From NCBI GenBank assembly GCA_964610125.1, contig CAZSUV010000001.1, forward strand, positions 253,240 to 317,239: a stretch of 64,000 bases of DNA, given 5' to 3'. A program made the position numbers and the translations under genes. This document shows positions 1 through 8,136 of this stretch, one piece after another. This DNA comes from an uncultured Candidatus Saccharibacteria bacterium. GTDB lineage: Bacteria > Patescibacteriota > Dojkabacteria > SC72. Within the stretch, counting starts at the first letter, position 1, and each line of letters opens with the position of its first letter. The notes beneath the pieces are model-generated. The model did no database searches. It was not told the origin of the DNA and saw nothing but the letters and a program-made list of their open reading frames with translations.

Positions 1-556
1 TAAGATCACATTTGAGAGATGAAGATTCTACTATGCATTTAGCTTCTAATTCTCCTTGTTGAATATAGTAATCTAACAGTCTACTAGGATATGTCATAGC
101 ATATTCTAATACCTGACTACTATTTATCTCCTCCCAAAACATCGTCTCATTGACCTGTGGATATGATGTAGTAGCTATGGATATGTTTTTGTAAAATATT
201 CCAAGATCGAAGATATCCAAAAAGGATACCCCTAAATTGTATTGCTTAGATTCGGGCAACAGTTCTAAAGGAGTGATGCAAATCTGCCTAGCGAATATAT
301 TGTAATTGTTGAAAATGGTTGTTTTCTCTTTAAATTTTACATCAACAGGAAATGAAGATTTTACTTTGTAGCCCTCTGGAAATGGAAAATATCCTTCTAG
401 GCAAAACTCTTCGGTTGGTTTAATGTTTTTAGAATATTTAGATACACTTACTTGTCCTATGAGTAGTATCAGAAAAAGAGGACTAAGAAGAATAGCTATT
501 GAAAGTAGGATATATTGAAGGGTATATAGATTGTTATTCTTTGGGACAGATTTCAC
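1..556 (-). CDS. Membrane-anchored hypothetical protein. Partial: probable GTG start at 556, 3' end beyond the window start.
   Basis: Minus-strand frame stays open from the window edge to GTG at 554-556. N-terminal hydrophobic segment LQYILLSIAILLSPLFLILLIG. Not in the ORF track (edge ORF, non-ATG start). Confidence 0.3.
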   Translation of the reverse strand, partial: MKSVPKNNNLYTLQYILLSIAILLSPLFLILLIGQVSVSKYSKNIKPTEEFCLEGYFPFPEGYKVKSSFPVDVKFKEKTTIFNNYNIFARQICITPLELLPESKQYNLGVSFLDIFDLGIFYKNISIATTSYPQVNETMFWEEINSSQVLEYAMTYPSRLLDYYIQQGELEAKCIVESSSLKCDL

Positions 557-588
557 AATATATGTATTTTGAAAAGACAGATTAATGG

Positions 589-945
589 TTAAGTCTTGCT
601 TAGTACTTCCTTAACCCTAAATTCCGTTATCCTTCTTACAAGATCATATGGTATGGATTTAGCTATTACAAATTGGATTGCGCCTTTAGTAGTAACATAG
701 TTTTTTAATTCTTTTTGAAAAGCAGTTATTCCTGATGGAGTAGGATACAAACCAATATGATTTTTATATGCTGCAAAATGTATTAAGTTTTGCCCATTTA
801 ATACAAAGGTTGGCATCTGGTATTTTATAGCTTCAGTAGCTTGAGGTGCTGCTTCATGTATTATATCCCTAAACTTTTTTAAGATGTCTTGTACATTAGA
901 AGGACAATTAGAAATGTATTGATCTATGGTTGTGAATTTGTTCAT
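589..945 (-). CDS. DUF1801 (YdhG-like) domain protein
   Basis: 118 aa; N-terminal MNKFTTIDQYIS...ILKKFRDIIHEAAP is a DUF1801-like pattern. Confidence 0.45.
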   Translation of the reverse strand: MNKFTTIDQYISNCPSNVQDILKKFRDIIHEAAPQATEAIKYQMPTFVLNGQNLIHFAAYKNHIGLYPTPSGITAFQKELKNYVTTKGAIQFVIAKSIPYDLVRRITEFRVKEVLSKT

Positions 946-951
946 TAGGTT

Positions 952-1131
952 TTAGCCTAGTAAAGCTTTAAGTGCTTCATATACTAGGAATGCTGGCCAT
1001 ACAAGAGCTTTTAAAAAACCTAAGACACCAACCCAGAAGGTTGTGGCTGTAGATATGTAATATATTGCAGCACCTATGAATCCTAGGCCGTAGACTGCAT
1101 TTCCGGTGGTGTCTTTACATGGATTTTTCAT
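952..1131 (-). CDS. Small hydrophobic protein (59 aa)
   Basis: Hand translation: MKNPCKDTTGNAVYGLGFIGAAIYYISTATTFWVGVLGFLKALVWPAFLVYEALKALLG*. Below the track threshold; ATG to TAA, one to two TM helices. Confidence 0.3.
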   Translation of the reverse strand: MKNPCKDTTGNAVYGLGFIGAAIYYISTATTFWVGVLGFLKALVWPAFLVYEALKALLG

Positions 1132-1168
1132 AATGGATATTTATAAAGTTATATCTATATATTACCAC

Positions 1169-1684
1169 CTACCTCTTTGAAGAGGTATAGAGGCAAGGCC
1201 AAACGGTTGCATCTAGTATTACAGTATGGAATGTGAATAGGGAGAGACCAATAACGGAGGATACAAAGTGAATACCAGTATGCCCAGAGAATGCAACAAT
1301 ACCTAGAAGTACGAATGAACAGAAACCAACTATAATTAAAGAGATTCTTGTTAATATCCAATATATTTTTTTCTTGGTATTTATATATTTTGCCATTAAT
1401 GGAATCCAAAGGGCTGCAGATAATAATAATATGGCATATGTTAAATCGATAAAGAGTAAGCCAATATTTCCGCCTTGGAGTACAAATATATATGATGAAA
1501 ATATGAAGAAAGAAAGAGCACTAAGTAGCATTGAGCCGGTAAAGAATTTACGCCAATTCTTTGACACTCCTCCCCAGAGTAAGTCTACATTTCTGATCTT
1601 CTTTACGCCTAAGATATATGAGAGAACTACGAAGGTGCCGAGCAGGAGTATAACTATTAAAAAGAATATTTGATTTCCATTCAT
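1169..1684 (-). CDS. Integral membrane protein (multi-TM), unknown function
   Basis: 171 aa with 5-6 hydrophobic helices. The overlapping ORFs 1155..1409 and 1374..1673 are judged spurious. Confidence 0.5.
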   Translation of the reverse strand: MNGNQIFFLIVILLLGTFVVLSYILGVKKIRNVDLLWGGVSKNWRKFFTGSMLLSALSFFIFSSYIFVLQGGNIGLLFIDLTYAILLLSAALWIPLMAKYINTKKKIYWILTRISLIIVGFCSFVLLGIVAFSGHTGIHFVSSVIGLSLFTFHTVILDATVWPCLYTSSKR

Positions 1685-1712
1685 AATTTCTTAAATTATA
1701 TTTATTACCTAA

Positions 1713-3422
1713 TTATTCTACACATTCCATCTTGACTGTCTGACAACATTCCCCATTTTTGACATAGAATCCAGGGCCAGCAGCTCCGCCTGGACATTGG
1801 TCTTTCATAATTCCCATTTCGAAACAAGCTTCCATATCTTGGGCATGACAACTGTTATCGGCGGAACTAGAGGATGAACCCGAGCTACTTGAACCACTTG
1901 ATGAACTCCCACCGCTGTTAGATGGATTATATCTAGGTGTTTTAGTATTCTGTGAGTAATATGTCGTTTTTGTACATTTGTCTTTGCTTGAGCTATATAC
2001 ATATCCGTTTGGACAACACGAGTTTCCACCTATGTAGTACATACCTGTAGGACAAGTTATGGTAAGAGAATATGAAGATCGTCTTGCTTCTTCTCTTGCT
2101 TGCTCTTCTGCTTGTTCTTGTTTCTCTTGCGCAATTATTTCTTCTATCTGATTCTCAATATATTTCTTCCAAGTACTCTTGTAGTGCTTTACATATGCAG
2201 ATACCATATTGCTTGTAGATTTCCCATCTGTACCTGATATATTTAGTCCAATCTCTGATTTGTTAAGTGCAATTTGGCTAGATATGAAAACTGTATATAT
2301 GTTTGGTAGGTATCTAGAGAGAACATCGTCTTCAACATATCCTGCAGAAGAGATATGCTCTGTACCACTCAAAGTGCTTGGTTTCTGTGAGTCGGCAACT
2401 ATATATGTTTTGTTGCTCTCAAGCTTTCCTTTTTCATTTGTTCCTCTTACCCATACATCTCCTTCCCCTGCAATGAGTCTAAAAGCTCCTGTATCAAGGG
2501 ATCCTTTTCCTTCCTCATCTTTTGTTAAATCAAGAAATCTTTGCCCACCATCAAATGAGGTGTAGTATTCAGGGTGAAGTACCTGTTCTTCTGAAAGCTT
2601 TCCAGTTGTATCCCAGTGTTTTGATTCATTCCGTGCACTTGCAAATATTTCTGCTGGACCTGATGTTTTGAATATTCGGTCATTAACTTGTATAGAGAAG
2701 ATCTTCCCCTCTGGTTGTTTAATTATTCTAAAATATGCACCACCATCAAATAGCACTACTCTTGTTTCATTTTCAAATATATTTACCTGTATCTCCGGTA
2801 TCACGGCGTAGTATTTGTCAGACATTGATGTTACCGTTATGAGTGACCCGTCGGGGAGTTCAACATAGGAGTTAAGGCTCGAGTATATCTCTCCCGCCTC
2901 CTGTGCTGCAATATTTTCATATGGGGTATTAAATTGCACTTTACAGTGATTTCCAACTTCAACAGGTTCTTCACTAAGTGGTGTAGTTGTGTATTGAGAT
3001 GCTAGATCTTCTTCATCTGGTAATTCTACTATAATGACACCTCCCTCTGTTTTTGGTTCTATTTCATTTTCACCGCAATCAATATACACACTTGTAGTTC
3101 TTTCTTCAGATCGAAGAGGTGATTTTGTTGAATCCACAAATCCAAATTTAGTATATCCAGTTTCTCCATATATTTTGTATTTTGGTTCTTGGTCTCCAAA
3201 ATCTTGGGATGCAAAGTTTAGATCCATATATTCTTTTGAATCTTGAGCATATCCTTCTGGAGATACATAGTCATATTTCCTCTCATTAGAAGATGTTTTG
3301 TCCTTGTTAAGAAGGTATATGGTCAATGCTATGCCAAGGAGAATGATGACACCGAGAGGAATGCAAATATAAAGGATTTGCTTCTTAGATAGAGTTATCT
3401 TTGGAAAAATTAATTTCTTCAT
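1713..3422 (-). CDS. Signal-anchored extracellular protein with C-terminal Cys-rich repeats (paralog A)
   Basis: 569 aa. N-terminal MKKLIFPKITLSKKQIL plus a TM segment. Coiled/charged stretch EQAEEQAREEARR. Two CPTG..Y.G..CC-type Cys modules separated by an SSSSGSSSSGSSSSS linker. Homologous along its length to 4708..6234. Confidence 0.65.
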   Translation of the reverse strand: MKKLIFPKITLSKKQILYICIPLGVIILLGIALTIYLLNKDKTSSNERKYDYVSPEGYAQDSKEYMDLNFASQDFGDQEPKYKIYGETGYTKFGFVDSTKSPLRSEERTTSVYIDCGENEIEPKTEGGVIIVELPDEEDLASQYTTTPLSEEPVEVGNHCKVQFNTPYENIAAQEAGEIYSSLNSYVELPDGSLITVTSMSDKYYAVIPEIQVNIFENETRVVLFDGGAYFRIIKQPEGKIFSIQVNDRIFKTSGPAEIFASARNESKHWDTTGKLSEEQVLHPEYYTSFDGGQRFLDLTKDEEGKGSLDTGAFRLIAGEGDVWVRGTNEKGKLESNKTYIVADSQKPSTLSGTEHISSAGYVEDDVLSRYLPNIYTVFISSQIALNKSEIGLNISGTDGKSTSNMVSAYVKHYKSTWKKYIENQIEEIIAQEKQEQAEEQAREEARRSSYSLTITCPTGMYYIGGNSCCPNGYVYSSSKDKCTKTTYYSQNTKTPRYNPSNSGGSSSSGSSSSGSSSSSADNSCHAQDMEACFEMGIMKDQCPGGAAGPGFYVKNGECCQTVKMECVE

Positions 3423-3501
3423 CTTAATATGAATGAGATTATTTACTACTGTATCAATTGGAGAGAATTATGTCAAAGTGAAGTCGCAGAAGGGGGATAA
3501 T

Positions 3502-3678
3502 TTATTTATTGAAGCTTATTATTAATTTATTATATTGCCCCTTAGTTAGAAATATCCTATGAATATCCTTATCCCCTGTCTCCCCAGTAAGAGTTGCAGT
3601 ATTAGATATCCCCCAATTAACTATTTTCATATCAATGACATGAATGTCTATGAAGAAATATTCTCTATTGTTTTTCAT
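3502..3678 (-). CDS. Conserved small protein (58 aa), copy 1 of a local two-member family
   Basis: Hand translation: MKNNREYFFIDIHVIDMKIVNWGISNTATLTGETGDKDIHRIFLTKGQYNKLIISFNK*. About 85% nucleotide identity to 7371..7550 including flanks. Lies about 80 nt upstream of paralog A on the same strand. Confidence 0.4.
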   Translation of the reverse strand: MKNNREYFFIDIHVIDMKIVNWGISNTATLTGETGDKDIHRIFLTKGQYNKLIISFNK

Positions 3679-3743
3679 ACTTAATTATACCAAATATCTA
3701 CTTTTCTCACATTTCAAACAATATCATGATGATATAATTAGAT

Positions 3744-4619
3744 ATGGTAAAAAGAATAGATTCCAAATCTGCATTAAACAAACTCAACTCGAAATATCTT
3801 CCATATAATTGGGATTTAAATATCTTTAGAGGTTGTAGTCATCACTGTCAGTACTGCTATGCACAATATTCACACAGATATCTTGAGGACGGAGATTTCT
3901 TTGGCGAAATATATGTAAAAGACAATATACCAGAATTACTTGAGAAGAAATTAGCTTCAAAAAGATGGAAAGGGGAGATTATTAATTTAGGAGGTGTCAC
4001 AGACAGTTACCAGATACTTGAGAAAGATGAAAAAATAATGCCAGAGATTCTTAAAATATTAATCAAATACAAGAATCCAGTTACAATATCCACAAAGTCG
4101 AAATTAATTCTGAGAGATATTGAACTGTGGAATGAACTCTCAAAAGTTGCATCTGTAAGTTTGGCAGTTTCTCTTACAACCTTTGATTCAAATATATATC
4201 CTAAGACGGAGCCTGGTGCTTCAAAACCTGTTGAGAGATTGGAGGTATTGAAAGAGTTTAGAAAAACAAATGTTAACTTAGGTGTTTTAGCGATGCCTTT
4301 TTTACCTTTATTAACTGATACGGAGGAAAATATTGATGATTTGTTTAGTCATATATCATCAGTGCCAGTAGATTATGTTTTGTGTCAGATATTAAATCTG
4401 AGGGGTGTTACTAAGAGTCATTTTCTTGGCTTTATTGAGAGGGAGTTCCCAGAGTATTTAAAAAGATATTTAGAGTTGTATAAAAGTGGATTTGTTAGTC
4501 GGGAGTATAGAGAGATCTTCTATAATAGGGTAAGTAAGTATAAAGGAAAATATAATATACAGAACAATTATGAAATAAAGAATAGAGAGAGTGAGCAATT
4601 GACAATGGGAAATTTTTAA
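3744..4619 (+). CDS. Radical SAM protein, SplB/COG1533-like (DNA repair photolyase family)
   Basis: 291 aa; Cx3Cx2C cluster motif GCSHHCQYCYA characteristic of COG1533 radical SAM enzymes. Confidence 0.65.
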   Translation: MVKRIDSKSALNKLNSKYLPYNWDLNIFRGCSHHCQYCYAQYSHRYLEDGDFFGEIYVKDNIPELLEKKLASKRWKGEIINLGGVTDSYQILEKDEKIMPEILKILIKYKNPVTISTKSKLILRDIELWNELSKVASVSLAVSLTTFDSNIYPKTEPGASKPVERLEVLKEFRKTNVNLGVLAMPFLPLLTDTEENIDDLFSHISSVPVDYVLCQILNLRGVTKSHFLGFIEREFPEYLKRYLELYKSGFVSREYREIFYNRVSKYKGKYNIQNNYEIKNRESEQLTMGNF

Positions 4620-4707
4620 TACAAGACTTTTCTATCCTTGAAATCTGAATAATATGTGACATAATGAGTCTGGAACCCAGGATGTGCAAACTTGAGTATT
4701 CTTTGCC

Positions 4708-6234
4708 TTATTTTATTGGTTCAAGTGTTGGAGCATCTACATCAGGCATACAACATTTGTTTCCACTTAGTGTGTATTTCCCATTATTTGTTACTCCCTC
4801 TGCAGCCATCTTACAAGCCTGGTATGCCACTGTTCCAGAGCTAACACAATTGCTACCACTGCTTCCTGATGATGAAGATACCGAAGGAGTGGACGGGTTA
4901 TACGTAGGTGTTGTCTGCCCATTTGTATGTACATATGTATGACAATATCCATCAGTTCCTAGGTATGTACCTGTCTTACAACACTTTCCATCTCCAGCAT
5001 ATGATGTCCCTGTAGGACATACAGAGTATGTTGTACCTTTTGATACGGAAGCCTTGGCCTCTGCAGCTGCTTTTGCTCTTAATTCTTCTCCCTTCTCTAC
5101 CAACCCATCGTACCATTTTTGATAGTTTTCATATGCTTTAGCATATGCCATTGTATTTCCAATCACCATTTCTTGCCTTAGCTCTTTCTCTGTTGCAATT
5201 CTTTCATCCACGTATGCTTCTAGATTATTTGCAACAGTATGATAGTTGCCAAATCCATATGTTGCCTTTGTACTTTCTACTTGTGCAGTAAGGAAGTCGG
5301 CGATATTGTCCATGTAGCCCCAAGTAATTTTGTCACCATTGCCCATAAATTCAAAAGTCTCTGTTTTTGTTGTACTATCATTACTGTAGAAGGTATGTAC
5401 TTTCCCAGCATTAGCTTCATCCCAATACCACGCCCATGATCCATTTTCTGTCCAGTGACCATAATTTGCATAATCCTTATTCGTCATCATTATGATGAGA
5501 TCTTGGGTTCGCAATTTTACTTCTGCAGAACCTTCATAGAGCTCCACATGTCCCCATATTCCATTTCCACTAAAGCTACTCGATACTCCAGCAAAGAACT
5601 CTGTACCTGTTACATACATAACTCTGTCTACCATTTGTACACTAAATTTATTTCCCTCCTGTGGCGCTACTCTGTAGTAAGCATATGCATTTAGTTGGAC
5701 GATTCTTGTCTCTTTTTCATACATATTTACCTGTATAGAGGGGGAGTCTTTCGTGGAAATTGTGATTAATGAGCCATCCGGAAGTACTAAATACACATTG
5801 TAGAAATATGTCTCTTGTAGAGAATCTGGGCCATCATATTCTGCGAAGGTTAGTAAACAATGATTACTTACTTGTACGGGTTCTCTTCCTACATAATATT
5901 GTGTTTCTTTTGCCTCTGTGCCATCTGAATATGTACAGCTTTCTACCATTTCTACCTCTGGATCCTTACTTATTATATCTGCATATACCAGATATTTTTT
6001 TTCTGTATCTGCAGGCGTATATGCTTGGAGTGGTATTTCTAAAACTTGTTCAGAATCATCTGCGTATTCTTGTTTTGTTTGATTTTCTTTTGTGTTCTCT
6101 CCTAGATTTATCTTTCCCATACCCTTTAATATGAAGAACGCTGTAACAAGGAGAGCTATAACGGCTAGGGGAATGCAAATGAGAAGGATTTGCTTTTTAG
6201 ATAGAGTTATCTTTGGGAAAATTAATTTCTTCAT
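4708..6234 (-). CDS. Signal-anchored extracellular protein with C-terminal Cys-rich repeats (paralog B)
   Basis: 508 aa. N-terminus identical to paralog A (MKKLIFPKITLSKKQIL). Conserved islands LPDGSLIT, ETR.V, QPEG.KFS.Q..DR. C-terminal CPTGTSYAGDGKCC and ACKMAA...GNKCC modules. Confidence 0.65.
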   Translation of the reverse strand: MKKLIFPKITLSKKQILLICIPLAVIALLVTAFFILKGMGKINLGENTKENQTKQEYADDSEQVLEIPLQAYTPADTEKKYLVYADIISKDPEVEMVESCTYSDGTEAKETQYYVGREPVQVSNHCLLTFAEYDGPDSLQETYFYNVYLVLPDGSLITISTKDSPSIQVNMYEKETRIVQLNAYAYYRVAPQEGNKFSVQMVDRVMYVTGTEFFAGVSSSFSGNGIWGHVELYEGSAEVKLRTQDLIIMMTNKDYANYGHWTENGSWAWYWDEANAGKVHTFYSNDSTTKTETFEFMGNGDKITWGYMDNIADFLTAQVESTKATYGFGNYHTVANNLEAYVDERIATEKELRQEMVIGNTMAYAKAYENYQKWYDGLVEKGEELRAKAAAEAKASVSKGTTYSVCPTGTSYAGDGKCCKTGTYLGTDGYCHTYVHTNGQTTPTYNPSTPSVSSSSGSSGSNCVSSGTVAYQACKMAAEGVTNNGKYTLSGNKCCMPDVDAPTLEPIK

Positions 6235-6368
6235 CTTAATATGAATGAGATTATTTACTACTGTATCAATTGGAGAGAATTATGTCAAAGTGAAATCGGA
6301 AATATGTAGATGGAGTAATATATTTGTATCAATTTTGTATAGATATAATTTTACTGTAATATATAAAT

Positions 6369-7358
6369 ATGGATAAGCAAAATTTCGTTAAAGGAGTTGA
6401 ACGTTTAATTAATCCAATCGATGTGGGATCACTACACTTCATACAGTCATTTAATAAACTACTCCCTAAACCAATTCAAGAAAAACTGGTTAAATCTTCT
6501 GGTAAATCAGCACCATATATGGGATTTGTAGTAGAACCATATGCCACTTTTCTTTGCTATGAAATCTTAGATATGGAGTGGGCTCAAAAACTTCTTCCTG
6601 AGGGTTTTCAATTGATTAAAACCAAAGTGTTTGATGATGATGAACCTAAGTATACTTGTATATTTGGTTGTTTTACTTCACATACCAGTGCATTCTGGGG
6701 TTCTCGTGTTGAATTCTATATCATTGCTGAGGATACTAAGACTGGATTATTAAGCTGGATAATTGTGGACTATGATTCTAATACCATCAGCTATGACAAG
6801 CGTGATGGCTTGAGAGATCCTAATGCTACCAAGGCGGTTGTTACTACAGATTGTGAAGGTAAAATCTATGTTGATATTCCCAAGAATGATGGAAAGAGAA
6901 AGTTGATTTTTGAATGTGATTTCGAAAGTGGAAAATTTGCATCTTTAGATCAGAGATTATGGTTAGAGGGAAATCTTTCGATAGGGTATGGAAGTGAATT
7001 TGATAGGAAGGATGCGAGTATTTTTTCTTTGAAATTTAATCCTTGTGAAGTAAGGAGAGGTGTTAATATTCCATTGGGAAATGTCCGATTGGAAGAGAAT
7101 AGCTGGTACAAAGGATTGTTTAAGACTGAGCCATACAGAGTGTTGTCTTTCCCATATGCTCAGCATTTTGTATCAGATAGTCCTGGGAGTTCTAGTAGCT
7201 TGAAGAATGAAAAGGAATTAGTAGATGCTGTAGAGAGTATTGATTTTGGAAAGATAAAGGTATTTTCTACTAAATCTTTTAAAACAATGTTTATGGTTGG
7301 GAGTTTAGTTAGTCTATTGATTACAACAACCTTGGTTCTATTACTGATTCTTACTTAA
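6369..7358 (+). CDS. Hypothetical protein with C-terminal TM anchor (tail-anchored)
   Basis: 329 aa; no recognised motif; C-terminal MFMVGSLVSLLITTTLVLLLILT. Confidence 0.45.
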   Translation: MDKQNFVKGVERLINPIDVGSLHFIQSFNKLLPKPIQEKLVKSSGKSAPYMGFVVEPYATFLCYEILDMEWAQKLLPEGFQLIKTKVFDDDEPKYTCIFGCFTSHTSAFWGSRVEFYIIAEDTKTGLLSWIIVDYDSNTISYDKRDGLRDPNATKAVVTTDCEGKIYVDIPKNDGKRKLIFECDFESGKFASLDQRLWLEGNLSIGYGSEFDRKDASIFSLKFNPCEVRRGVNIPLGNVRLEENSWYKGLFKTEPYRVLSFPYAQHFVSDSPGSSSSLKNEKELVDAVESIDFGKIKVFSTKSFKTMFMVGSLVSLLITTTLVLLLILT

Positions 7359-7370
7359 TGTATGAATAGT

Positions 7371-7550
7371 TTATTTGTTAAAACGTGCTATTAGCTTATT
7401 ATATTGCCCCTTGGTTAGAAAAATTCTATATACATTCTTGTCTGATGTTTCTCCTGTAAGTGTAGCTGTATTTGATATACCCCAATTAACTATTTTCATA
7501 TTAATTACATGGATGTCTATGAAGAAATACTCTTTGTTATTGTTTTTCAT
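7371..7550 (-). CDS. Conserved small protein (59 aa), copy 2
   Basis: Hand translation: MKNNNKEYFFIDIHVINMKIVNWGISNTATLTGETSDKNVYRIFLTKGQYNKLIARFNK*. Start overlaps the stop of the upstream DUF2726 gene by 14 nt. Confidence 0.4.
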   Translation of the reverse strand: MKNNNKEYFFIDIHVINMKIVNWGISNTATLTGETSDKNVYRIFLTKGQYNKLIARFNK

Positions 7551-8052
7551 ATTGGATTATTTGTTCTATTTTATTCCTAAGATTATCTATTTGATTAATT
7601 TCTATTAATGGAATTCTAAGTAAAGGAATATTTGCTTCCTTTAATATCTCTTCAACTATTCTATCTCTTTCAATTCGATCATTCCTTGAATGAGAAGAGT
7701 CATCTAATTCTATGACTAGTAATGGTGATATATTTGTTTTGTCACATATTACATAATCTACGGATTTTCTATCTATATGGCTCAATGCACCTTTCCAGCT
7801 CTGTCCAACAATCTCATGTTCTAAAAGTGATGAAATATGGATTTGTGGAAAAATGTAATAACGATTATCCAAGATGGTTTGTAAAATATTGAGAAAATCA
7901 TGCTCGGGTTTGGTGAGTAAGTATTCCTTTTTTTTGTAAGCGTAATTCTTTGTTCCATTTGCTTTTCTATTCTTATTTATAAAGTAGGAAAGTATAGCGA
8001 GAATGGAGAATATGGGAATAAGGATGAGGAGATACAAAATAGCGTTATTCAT
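7537..8052 (-). CDS. TM-anchored DUF2726 (NERD/restriction-endonuclease-like) domain protein
   Basis: 171 aa. N-terminal TM helix. Core VDYVICDKTNISPLLVIELDDSSHSRNDRIERDRIVEEILKEANIPLLRI fits the DUF2726 pattern (D-x-V-I-c...I-E-L-D...H). Confidence 0.5.
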   Translation of the reverse strand: MNNAILYLLILIPIFSILAILSYFINKNRKANGTKNYAYKKKEYLLTKPEHDFLNILQTILDNRYYIFPQIHISSLLEHEIVGQSWKGALSHIDRKSVDYVICDKTNISPLLVIELDDSSHSRNDRIERDRIVEEILKEANIPLLRIPLIEINQIDNLRNKIEQIIQYEKQ

Positions 8053-8136
8053 ATACCAAAGTATATACGAGTGATTAGGATATAGACAAGAGGGGTATTA
8101 GAATACGGAGGATATGGCATGGTATCCGAATAGATA

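Noticed and set aside
1374-1673. Plus-strand 99-aa ORF antisense to the 171-aa membrane-protein gene
   Set aside because: Fully contained antisense to a better, hydrophobic, membrane-protein ORF; no motif; typical AT-rich antisense open frame.
1875-1920. Repetitive nucleotide stretch encoding SSSSGSSSSGSSSSS
   Set aside because: Low-complexity coding repeat (Ser/Gly linker) within a gene, not a tandem-repeat element or CRISPR.
1805-3246. Track ORFs 1805..2029(-), 2209..2565(+), 3034..3246(+) inside paralog A
   Set aside because: Nested in or antisense to the 569-aa gene, whose homology to paralog B across the same region supports the long frame.
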